From assembly GCA_051362555.1 (NCBI GenBank), contig CM120641.1, positions 48,366,401-48,430,400 on the forward strand: a stretch of 64,000 nucleotides of DNA. The letters are read 5' to 3'. Shown here piece after piece: positions 47,207-56,447 of the stretch. The notes under the pieces are model-generated. The model searched no databases. It was not told the origin of the DNA and worked only from the letters and a program-made list of their open reading frames with translations. The position numbers and the translations under genes were made by a program. Numbering within the stretch: the stretch's first letter is position 1; each line of letters starts with the position of its first letter. Source of the stretch: Lingula anatina (taxonomy: Eukaryota > Animalia > Brachiopoda).

Positions 47207-48523
47207 ATGGCGCTCTCCATGCGGTCAACAGCACTGGGATCAATTTGGAAACATTTTAAGAAAAATGGTGCATGGCTCTTCAGACTGATTCCTCGAAGAT
47301 CGTGGATTCTACCTAGGCTCGGTTTGTGTTTAGTATTTATAACTATGTTGTACATTTTGTGGGGACGAATCCGCCACTCGGGGAGAGAAACGTTCCCCGT
47401 CACGATTTGGTCAAATGACTTCCATATTTCACCCATCAGAGATCTTAAAAATATGCTGCAGCCCATGGGGGTTACGATCATAGACCAGAGCCTCTCCGCC
47501 GCTTGCTCTGTTACAGGAACCTGCGCTAAGGGGCTCCGGATTTTAAACTCTTGGAATGGAATCCCCCTCCCGGACGACATCAAGGCGGCGTTCTACGACA
47601 GTTACAAGAATGACCCTCTGATGAACACCGTGGACGCCTTTGTGTGTTTTCATCCCGCCGCTATGTGTGAGCTGTTCATTCCTTTCTACAGAAGCTTACT
47701 CGTGATAGCAACTGTGCGCTATGAGCTCGGACGACGAGAGCCAGAGAGATGGCAAGAATGGAACGCAAACCTTGTCAACATAGCAAAAGACCCACGAAAC
47801 ATTGTCGCTGCTAATAACCGTTATGACGCAGAATACATACGTTACTTCACGGGCATCAAACCCATTGTCTTGGAAAGTTTTTGCGGTTATGTTAACAACA
47901 CGTATTCCACGACCAAAATAAAACGGACCGAGTACCTTCTTGCACCTATTCACGCAAGAGAAAAGGAATTTCAGAATGTATTCCTGGAAGAATTCAGGAA
48001 ACTCAGCAAAACCTCTATGGTGGAGATTGTCCCTCTACGTGAGCTGTATCCAAGCTATAAATTCACAGATCTCCTGTCTCACCCAGGGATAGTATATGTA
48101 CCGTACCAAGTCTCATTTATGAGTTTATTTGAGCAATATCGCATGGGTATTCCGTTATTTTTCCCATCTCTAGACTTGTTAACGGAGTGGCAATATAAAT
48201 ACATGGTGCTAAATGAACGGACCTGGGATGGAACGAGGGGGATGAGGCCCAGTAGATCACGTATCCCCGGGGTCGTCCCGGGGGTACCTGACCCCAACTG
48301 TGAGACAAATAAGACTGCCATCAAATATTGGCTGAAATACGCAGATTTCTACCAGTGGCCTCACATCACTTATTATGATTCCTTTGAGGATTTAATCGTT
48401 AAGTTAGAAGGTGCAAATCTTGAAGAGATCAGTCATAAAATGAAGGCACGAAACGTTCAAGTTAAAACTCAGTTAATGGAAAAGTGGAAAAAACTTTTGA
48501 AAAATATACAGAATTACAATTGA
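47207..48523 (+). CDS. Uncharacterised 438-aa single-ORF protein; predicted type-II membrane, putative GT-B glycosyltransferase
   Basis: Uninterrupted ORF; basic N-tail then hydrophobic LGLCLVFITMLYILW; VYVPYQVSFMSLFEQYRMGIPLFFP resembles the GT-B nucleotide-sugar-binding motif. Function is inferred; the start codon could change if the upstream donor at 47158 is used. Confidence 0.8.
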   Translation: MALSMRSTALGSIWKHFKKNGAWLFRLIPRRSWILPRLGLCLVFITMLYILWGRIRHSGRETFPVTIWSNDFHISPIRDLKNMLQPMGVTIIDQSLSAACSVTGTCAKGLRILNSWNGIPLPDDIKAAFYDSYKNDPLMNTVDAFVCFHPAAMCELFIPFYRSLLVIATVRYELGRREPERWQEWNANLVNIAKDPRNIVAANNRYDAEYIRYFTGIKPIVLESFCGYVNNTYSTTKIKRTEYLLAPIHAREKEFQNVFLEEFRKLSKTSMVEIVPLRELYPSYKFTDLLSHPGIVYVPYQVSFMSLFEQYRMGIPLFFPSLDLLTEWQYKYMVLNERTWDGTRGMRPSRSRIPGVVPGVPDPNCETNKTAIKYWLKYADFYQWPHITYYDSFEDLIVKLEGANLEEISHKMKARNVQVKTQLMEKWKKLLKNIQNYN

Positions 48524-49781
48524 AGGTTGTTTTCTTTTTGACCATTTTCTAGCGAGACTTGCTTATTATATATCGTCTCGAGATTAAATTGGCCAAATGC
48601 TTTGTCATAAAAACGCTTTTAATTCGTTTTTGGTCACAAAAGGGACCGTTATAGCCTTAGAAAACCCCGATTCTATATGTGTTCATCTAAAAAAATGTGT
48701 GACGCACAAAGTTTAAGCGTCAGTCTAACGTCAACGATACTATTCAAGACAAAGCTCAATTTATACTTATTTAATTTTCCATAAAAAAATAAAGCAAAAT
48801 CTTAAAGCGAATCTCCAAGGCTGGAATATCAGTTATTTAATTACCGGCATTTTCCATTTATTTCAGGCTTTTTACGTGTTACTAAAAAAACTTTTCGTCA
48901 CTTCGGGCCGGGAAAAATGCTTAAATATCTGGCTATGCAAAGTGTCATTTTTATAATTTTTTCCAGGTTTCATGTTCAAATAGAGAGGTACACTAAATTT
49001 AATGCACATAGCGCAAATTAATTACGAACCTTGTCATGTCGATAGGTGATTTACTTTGGGGATCACGTGAATAGTTTACGGATGTTATGAAACTTGCTTT
49101 TAGAATCCATTTTTTTTTAAATTAATATATAACACGACCTTGGACAAGTAAAATAAACAATGTAAAGCGCGATCGAAATACATTTATTTATAGTTAATGA
49201 TTTATTCACAATGACGGATCGAAGATATAATTTTTTGATAATTCACACAACTGAGTTGGGAGGTTTGAAATTCGGTGGAGAGTAAAAAAAAAATAAATAA
49301 ATAAATAAAAAATAAAATAAAAAAAGAGAGAGAGAGAGAGAGAAATCAATTACAATACACATAGAATAAATGAAAATTTGAAAAACGGCCGTGTAATGCT
49401 ACGAATTAAGGATAATGTGTATCAAAATAAAAAAGGAAAGAAAAGAAAAAAAGAGGGTGGAATAAATAGGCCTTATTTTAACCCTCCCCTCGTACATGTA
49501 GCGGAAAAGAAATTTAATGGAAAAAATAACTAAGAAATGACTAAGAAAAGTCTGGGGCATTTTTGCAGTACTGAGAATTATGAATGGTGAAGATTTAGAG
49601 ATTTGCAGGACTAGCTGAATGGGCGTCTGTCTTCGAGTATATGCTGGATTAAAATATTTAATTGTTTTAGATTTTTAATTCTCTATAATTTATTCATTGT
49701 GCTAATATTTGAAACATATTTAAAAAAAAAATAAAGTAGACCAACATCTTAATCTTGTAGTAAAAAGCCTGTGTTATAACT

Positions 49782-49935
49782 TATGGTATTGTAACAACAA
49801 TTTATATAAAAGATTAAAATATTTATTACAGAATTAAAAGTCCATGTCTCACATGCCACGTCGCATCCCCACTTCCCGCTTCATACTCATGACCTCTGAC
49901 CTACATCACGTGGCTTATTACATCATTACATCACA
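49782..49935 (-). repeat. 3' LTR (154 bp)
   Basis: Base-for-base identical to 54270-54423 by manual comparison; preceded on the minus strand by AAAAAAAGAAAGAAAAGAAGTAA (PPT). Confidence 0.95.
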
Positions 49936-50089
49936 TTACTTCTTTTCTTTCTTTTTTTTTTTTAATTTGAATATTATGACAGAACAACACATAACATATA
50001 TACAATAAATGTAATAAACAATAACACAAAATGCATATAATACTAAATGTCAATTGGATTCATAAAATTGTCAACTTTAACTTTAATTC

Positions 50090-52537
50090 TTAATGAAAAC
50101 GTTTGAAAAAACTACAGTTTCTCGTTATTTCTCTCCTCGTGGAATCATCTCTCGCAGTAATCATTGTTCCCTTTTTACGACATATTGTAAGTGGTGTGGA
50201 TTCATATGGTGTTTGGGATTTATTGCATTTGGTGTTCTTCAAGAGAACTGTATCACCCACTGTTAACGTAGATTTCTTAACATTTGTTTTACGATCGGCA
50301 TAGTATTTCATCACTTTCTTGCTGTTTTGGTCATTACGCCTGATTTTAGAATCAGTGTTTGGTGTTTGAGGCACATGTGGAAGTTTACAGCCGATATCCC
50401 TTCCGAAAAGAGCGGTTGCGGGAGGAATACCAGTGGAAGTATGTGGCGTTGTTCTGTAATCAAGGAGAAAATCATTCATGGCTTGTTTCCAGTTGCGCTT
50501 TGTTGCGATGGCGCCCTTGATAGACTTTTTTAAAGGGCCCATAAAACGCTCTGTTACTCCATTTGCCTGAGGCCACAGTGGTGTTATCTTTCGGTGTTTA
50601 AATCCTGTTTTCTCGGCATAATCCGCAAAGTCATTTCCATTGAATGGAGGCCCATTATCCGTTTTTAATACCGATGGTATGCCGAACTCCGCAAATACTT
50701 TATCCAACCGTGGGATAACACTCTGTGCTGAAGTCGAGGTCAAAATTTCAACAATGACGTATCGTGTGTATTCATCAGTTATCACTAAAAGTTTGTGACC
50801 ACTCGGTCCTTCTCCAAAATCAGCACTAACTTCTGTCCAAGGAGCGATTGGAAGATCTGTCATGCGAAGCGGCTCTCGCGTGATTATCTTCGTTGAAATT
50901 TGACAGTGTTTACACGATTTCACTGTGTCTTCGACAAGTTTATGCATTCTAGGAAACCACACCTTCTCGCGTAGTAAAGCAACAGTTTTTACAATCCCTT
51001 GATGTCCGCTATGTGCAATACTCACAGCATGGCTATATAAACTTTCCGGCAAAACTATTTGTCGTCCTTTCAGAATTATTCCGTCAGGGTTTGAGATAGA
51101 AAGCTCCGAACGACACTGATAAATGTTTTGGAAAATACTGAAATTCCCTTGTGGAGTCCAGTCATTTGTGACCATAGCATTTTTCACCGCTGCAAGTGTA
51201 ACATCCTTTTCGGTTTCCTCTTTCACCATTTCAAGGGTCATTGCTTTTGGTTTCGAAGTACAGGCTAGATAATGAAGATACTCCTCTGCTATTGTTTCCT
51301 CTGTACTTGATGATAACTGATCAGTCTGATGCGTGGGGTGTCGGCTCAAGTAATCAGCAGGGTTGTCATGCCCTGGACGATACACAACCGTCATCTGGTA
51401 GGATTGTGTTTTCATGATCCAACGCTCGATACGCGCCGAAAGCTGGGCCTTGGGGTTGTTAAAGAGGCTCACAAGGGGTTTGTGGTCAGTGTGCACAATA
51501 AAATGGGCTCCGAATAAATAAATGTGAAAATGTCCACAGGCCCATGTGATTGCTAAAGCCTCTCGCTCGGTCTGTGAGTATCGCTGTTCTGTAGGAGTAA
51601 GCGCTCTGCTGGCGTACTGTATGACGCGGCCGTCCTGTGTTAATACAGCAGATATGCCTACCGGACTCGCATCTGTGTATACCTCCGAGGTTTTCGACGG
51701 GTTGAAGTACGCTAAAGTCGTTGCTTGGCTTAACTTTGACTTGAGTTCCTTCACAGCATCATCGTGTTTAGATGTCCAAGACCATGGTGTGTTTTTCTTT
51801 GTCAGCTCACGTAAATCATGTGTTAATGACGCGTAATTTGGAATGAATTGCGACCCACAGAAATTCGTCATTCCTAAGAAACTCCTGACTTCTGTAGCGT
51901 TGGCTGGATTGGGGAGATTTAATATGTTTTCAATTTTGCTGTGGCTTGGTTTAATACCCTCCGCGCCAAAAACGTGCCCTAAAAATTCTAATGATGTTTG
52001 ATTGAATTCACATTTCTCTGCGTTGAGTGTTAGATTTCTTTCGCGCAAACGTTGAAAAAGAGCACGTAGGTTGTTGTCGTGGTCAGATTGCGATGTCCCG
52101 TAACACAAAATGTCATCACTGATGTTCACGACTCCTTTCAAACCAGACAAAGCTTGTCTAATGCTTTCCTGGAATATTTCACTTGCTGAATTCACTCCAA
52201 AAAATAATCGACGGTATCTGTAGAGGCCAAGATGAGTGGCAAATGTAGTGATATAACGAGAATCTTCGTGTAATTCAAGTTGATTGTACCCCTGATTAAG
52301 ATCAAGTTTCGAAAAATAGCAGGCGCCAGTCAACATTGTTTTTAATTCATCAAGCGTCGGTGTTGCATGTCTTTCTCTTCTAATCGCCTTGTTTGCTGCG
52401 CGCATATCTACACAGACACGTACTTTCCCAGGTGATTTCGGTTTGGGAACAACTACAATGGGAGACACCCAGGGCGTAGGACCTGTAGCTTTCTCTATGA
52501 CACCTTGTTCCTCATCCTTTTTAATCTGTTCCTCTAT
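50090..52537 (-). CDS. Gypsy pol 3' part: reverse transcriptase, RNase H, integrase (separated from gag-PR by a MITE)
   Basis: RT (WVSPIVVVPK, RVCVDMRAAN, FSKLDLNQGY, NISDDIL), RNase H (TDASP, YSQTEREALA, TDHKPL), integrase (H..GHQG..C..C, DEYTRY, TDNGPPF, ANGVTER). Confidence 0.95.
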   Translation of the reverse strand: MEEQIKKDEEQGVIEKATGPTPWVSPIVVVPKPKSPGKVRVCVDMRAANKAIRRERHATPTLDELKTMLTGACYFSKLDLNQGYNQLELHEDSRYITTFATHLGLYRYRRLFFGVNSASEIFQESIRQALSGLKGVVNISDDILCYGTSQSDHDNNLRALFQRLRERNLTLNAEKCEFNQTSLEFLGHVFGAEGIKPSHSKIENILNLPNPANATEVRSFLGMTNFCGSQFIPNYASLTHDLRELTKKNTPWSWTSKHDDAVKELKSKLSQATTLAYFNPSKTSEVYTDASPVGISAVLTQDGRVIQYASRALTPTEQRYSQTEREALAITWACGHFHIYLFGAHFIVHTDHKPLVSLFNNPKAQLSARIERWIMKTQSYQMTVVYRPGHDNPADYLSRHPTHQTDQLSSSTEETIAEEYLHYLACTSKPKAMTLEMVKEETEKDVTLAAVKNAMVTNDWTPQGNFSIFQNIYQCRSELSISNPDGIILKGRQIVLPESLYSHAVSIAHSGHQGIVKTVALLREKVWFPRMHKLVEDTVKSCKHCQISTKIITREPLRMTDLPIAPWTEVSADFGEGPSGHKLLVITDEYTRYVIVEILTSTSAQSVIPRLDKVFAEFGIPSVLKTDNGPPFNGNDFADYAEKTGFKHRKITPLWPQANGVTERFMGPLKKSIKGAIATKRNWKQAMNDFLLDYRTTPHTSTGIPPATALFGRDIGCKLPHVPQTPNTDSKIRRNDQNSKKVMKYYADRKTNVKKSTLTVGDTVLLKNTKCNKSQTPYESTPLTICRKKGTMITARDDSTRREITRNCSFFKRFH

Positions 52538-52752
52538 GGCTCTGTTCTCACAACTTTTAGATCGATCTATCACCGCGGGGAGTCTCACTAGATTACTGTC
52601 AGATAATCCCCCTTAAGTGTCCGTCCCCGCCTACTACAAGCTTTAAGGGGTAATTAACTTTCGTGTCCGCCCGGCTGACAGCTATTTAGCGTGAACCCCC
52701 AGGGAGTTAGGTCGATCCAATGTAGGTCGATCTAATCTATGAGAATGGGGTG
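52538..52752 (-). mobile_element. Hairpin MITE family 1, copy D, inserted into Gypsy gag-pol
   Basis: On the minus strand ..AAA CAC TTA|CACCCCATTCTCA...TGAGAACAGAGCC|ATA GAG GAA CAG; removing 218 bp restores PFHVRKH(L/I)EEQIKK in one frame. Confidence 0.92.
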
Positions 52753-54153
52753 TAAGTGTTTCCTGACGTGGAACGGAATGCGTCTATAACGCTGTGCTAC
52801 GGGTTGTATGTTATCGTCGATGTGAAGTTTTATCTCACCTTGCTTCAAACAACCAAGGCCATGGAAAATATCAGAAAATTCATCGTTCAATTTGATATGC
52901 TTGGAATGAATGTGATCACAACTCTTTATTAATTGTAATTGTTGAGACGTATGCCAACTGAGAATAGGTTTCTCTCTGCCAGCTACCACACAAAACTCTG
53001 CGTCACAGCTAATTGCTCCAACCTGTAAGTGAGACGTGAATTTTCCCAATACATGAACTGAATTGTTTTCACTGCCATAGGCCTTGATTTTAGTACTTGA
53101 AATATGTAACGTTGGTCTTGGTTGTAATTTATTGTACTCAAATTCAGAAATCAAATTTACAGTAGAGCCTGAATCAGCTAGAAAAATTATTTTCCTACCG
53201 TTCATCTCTATTTCAAAATGGGGGAGTTGGTCCATGTTCTCGGTCACTGCATGCGCTGCGAAGACATATCCATCCTCATCAGATCCCGTGCATTCGTTCT
53301 CATTTTCAGTCACATCAGAATTTCCACGTAGACAATTCACATTGTTCTGACGGCGATGAGGCACGCGTTTAGGTTTTACGGCGTAGCGCTTGTTAGATGT
53401 AGCTGAAGATGATGGTTGCTGACCCGATCTGCACATCGATGCGAAATGATGAAGCCGTTTACAAGAGAAACATTCCTTGTTGAAGGCCGGACACTTCGAC
53501 CGTCCACCCACATGTGGCCATTCTCCTCCACAATTACGGCATTGTGAAAATGCTTGACTACCTGTCGAACTCCTGACTTGCACCCTGTTAACCGCGGGTT
53601 CATCCATGCGCTGTGTATGTGAAGTGACAAGTTGTTCTGTACGCGCATACTGCAAAAGTTGTGATAATGTCATGGACGGGTTACTTAAGCCCTTCTGTCG
53701 GACTTTCTGAGATTTACATCCCATAATCAATTGTGATTTTATCTCTGATTCCAAGTCATGAAAACTGCACAGTTTACCAATATCTTGAAGCTCTCTATAA
53801 AATTCGTCAATGTCCTCTCCTTTCTGCGTAGCGTGTCGAAATGAAAATTTATTCAATTCAACATTGATGGAAGGTGAAAAATAGTCAGTGATAGCATCAA
53901 CACATTTCGTAAACTCGTCTTCTCCTTCTCCGGGGGTTAGTTGAAATGTGCTGAAAGATTCGACGATGTCATTTAACTCGTCGCCGGCGAAAGATAGCAT
54001 GAGTGCCTTCTTCTTTTTCGGACTTGTTATACCATAACCAACAAATACATTGTTTTTCAATCTGTTTATCCATTTTCTCCATCTAATGGCAACGCCTTCT
54101 GACTTACAGTCAAATTCATGATAAGTAGGTATCTGTATAGATGGGCTCGCCAT
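52753..54153 (-). CDS. Gypsy gag + aspartic protease (5' part of the interrupted gag-pol)
   Basis: Two zinc knuckles (CRNCGGEWPH..C; CFSCKRLHHFASMC), protease LADSGS, then the RT N-terminal PVAQRYRRIPFH. Confidence 0.93.
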
Positions 54154-54252
54154 TGTGACTGTTCAACGAGTTACACTGCGCTCATTCAATTTCGCTATAG
54201 TCAATGTTTATATAGATTCTTACTTGTTACTTTCTTCCCTTGTGAGACTGTT

Positions 54253-54267
54253 CCATCCTCGTCGCCA
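54253..54267 (-). other. Primer-binding site complementary to the tRNA-Ser(GCU) 3' end
   Basis: TGGCGACGAGGATGG 2 nt inside the 5' LTR pairs with ..CCAUCCUCGUCG-CCA of animal tRNA-Ser(GCU). Confidence 0.85.
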
Positions 54268-54269
54268 GA

Positions 54270-54423
54270 TATGGTATTGTAACAACAATTTATATAAAAG
54301 ATTAAAATATTTATTACAGAATTAAAAGTCCATGTCTCACATGCCACGTCGCATCCCCACTTCCCGCTTCATACTCATGACCTCTGACCTACATCACGTG
54401 GCTTATTACATCATTACATCACA
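54270..54423 (-). repeat. 5' LTR (154 bp)
   Basis: Identical to 49782-49935; reads TGTGATG...ATACCATA on the element strand. Confidence 0.95.
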
Positions 54424-54975
54424 TAACTCAGAGGCTTTATTTTTATATAATGAAATTGGTTCCCCTGCCTATATATTTCCTAATAATGACTGAAAAAAAA
54501 ATTAATGGAAGCAGCCGTTCACTCAGCTGCAGTAAAGTGATAAATGCTCTTCAAAAACTACTGAGTTTGAAAATTCAAATTTTTTAGAGAGAAATTAAAA
54601 TGAGAGATTTTTCATACACTTAGAATAAAAGAAGAAAGTGTATTCATGTCAATATGTTTTCGCCTTTTTATTTATTTATTATTTTTATACAGATGTGAAT
54701 GAAGAACGACGAAGCATATGAAGTGCGCATGTCCAAAAGATTAGTTAGTCTAATTGAAAGATTATTCTGATGAAAAAGAATGTGTAAGTTTAAAAGTATA
54801 ATGAAAATAGTGAGCTTAAACAAATATCAAAGTTTTTGTTCTTGTTGATTTTATTCCTTAAGCACATATATTAGGTAAATTGCTTTAACAACGCGTTTTG
54901 TAATACAGCCGTTCCAGCGAAATTGTGCCTTGTTTTACTTTACCCTTTCTCCCGCTTTGCAGAGGTTGTCGCAAA

Positions 54976-56173
54976 ATGTCTGCCGCCGTGGAGTGCGACG
55001 ATCCCTCTGTCGATAAAACAACACCAGGTACGTGATGGCTGTCTGCTTATTTCTCATCTGGTTCAATTTATGATACAGTCATTGAAAAATTCTTCAATGA
55101 AACTATTTAGAATCAATAATTGTAGTTGGGGGAACTGCGCAATCTAGCCGATATGTTAAAATAATTGAGAGGCGGTTACAAAATGGATGGCGGATGGTTA
55201 AACCAGCTGAGGCGACCCCTCACAATCTAGCTTGGACCCTAGATTTCTGAGATTGGCGCGACTTCGGATAAGACACTGGCTACAAAAGGGTGTTTTATGT
55301 CAGAATATATTTAAATTAACTCTGTAATGCTATCAGTACTGTTCTCTGTCACCTGATACTTATGTTTTTACATTTAGATTCAGAGGAAGAGGACTCGCAC
55401 AGATGCGGTACGTGTAAATTGGAGTTTGGCAGTATTGAGGACTTCATCAAGCACAAACTGGACAAGGATAATTGCAGAGTTTTCTATCAAAAGTCAACCA
55501 AAGACAAGAGAGTGCTGGTTCCCCGGCTCATCAAGAAAGAAGCTAAAGATGATGAGGAGAGAGAAACAAGAGGTAATACTCATGATATATAACACTCAAC
55601 CACAGTGGTTACTAGTCATTTGAAAGTAACCATAAAGTGGTGTTTGAAAACCCCTTGCTTCTTACCTGCAAATATTGTATGGAAAACAGCATGGTGCTTG
55701 GCATTAAATTTTATCACATTTAGTTGATGGGTGTCTATTTCAGGTCCAACTTTTCTTTTTGACCTTTCAAAAATCAGACATGGTTTTGTTATTTGTTTTT
55801 TGTTTCAGGATCACAGAAAAGGAAAAGGAAAACCTACTTCTCAGTGGACCAAGAAAATATTGTAGAGAAGACATCTCATAAGTGCCCAAAATGTTCTCGA
55901 ACTTTCAACAGAGAGGCTACTCTGCGAAGACATCTAGACATAGAGCATGATTCAACATGGGAAATAGTGAATGATGAGATTGGTAAGAAAGAACATAAAG
56001 TAAAGCTGTCTTTAAATTGTATTTGTGAATGGCAGCACTACAACATAATTAAGGAAAAATATAGTTGTTGATAAAATTAAATGTTATTTTCTTTGTCTGC
56101 CCAAAACCAAACATAACAGAAAAGACTGTGTGCTAGGTGCAGATTTTTTTACATGCCCTTCACACTGTTCCAG

Positions 56174-56233
<60 letters not shown>

Positions 56234-56396
56234 TAACACACATACACACACACTGTAACACACACACACAGTTACACACACACACACACACACACTGTAA
56301 CACACACACACAGTTACACACACACACATACACACACACATACACAGTTACACACATACACACACACAGTTACACACACATACACACACACACACT

Positions 56397-56447
<51 letters not shown>

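Larger units (their letters stand above)
49782..54423 (-). mobile_element. Full-length Ty3/Gypsy LTR retrotransposon, Mag-like clade
   Basis: Identical 154-bp LTRs at 49782-49935 and 54270-54423; TAACT TSD (49777-49781, 54424-54428); PBS TGGCGACGAGGATGG; purine tract next to the 3' LTR; gag-PR-RT-RH-IN order. Confidence 0.97.

Noticed and set aside
52538-52588. Apparent separate pol start MRLPAVIDRSKSCENRA, suggesting a two-ORF or frameshifting element
   Set aside because: The start is a GTG inside the MITE; removing the MITE gives one continuous gag-pol.
47167-53648. Short antisense ORFs over the orphan gene and the Gypsy gag-pol
   Set aside because: Shadow ORFs of real coding sequence with no recognisable motifs.
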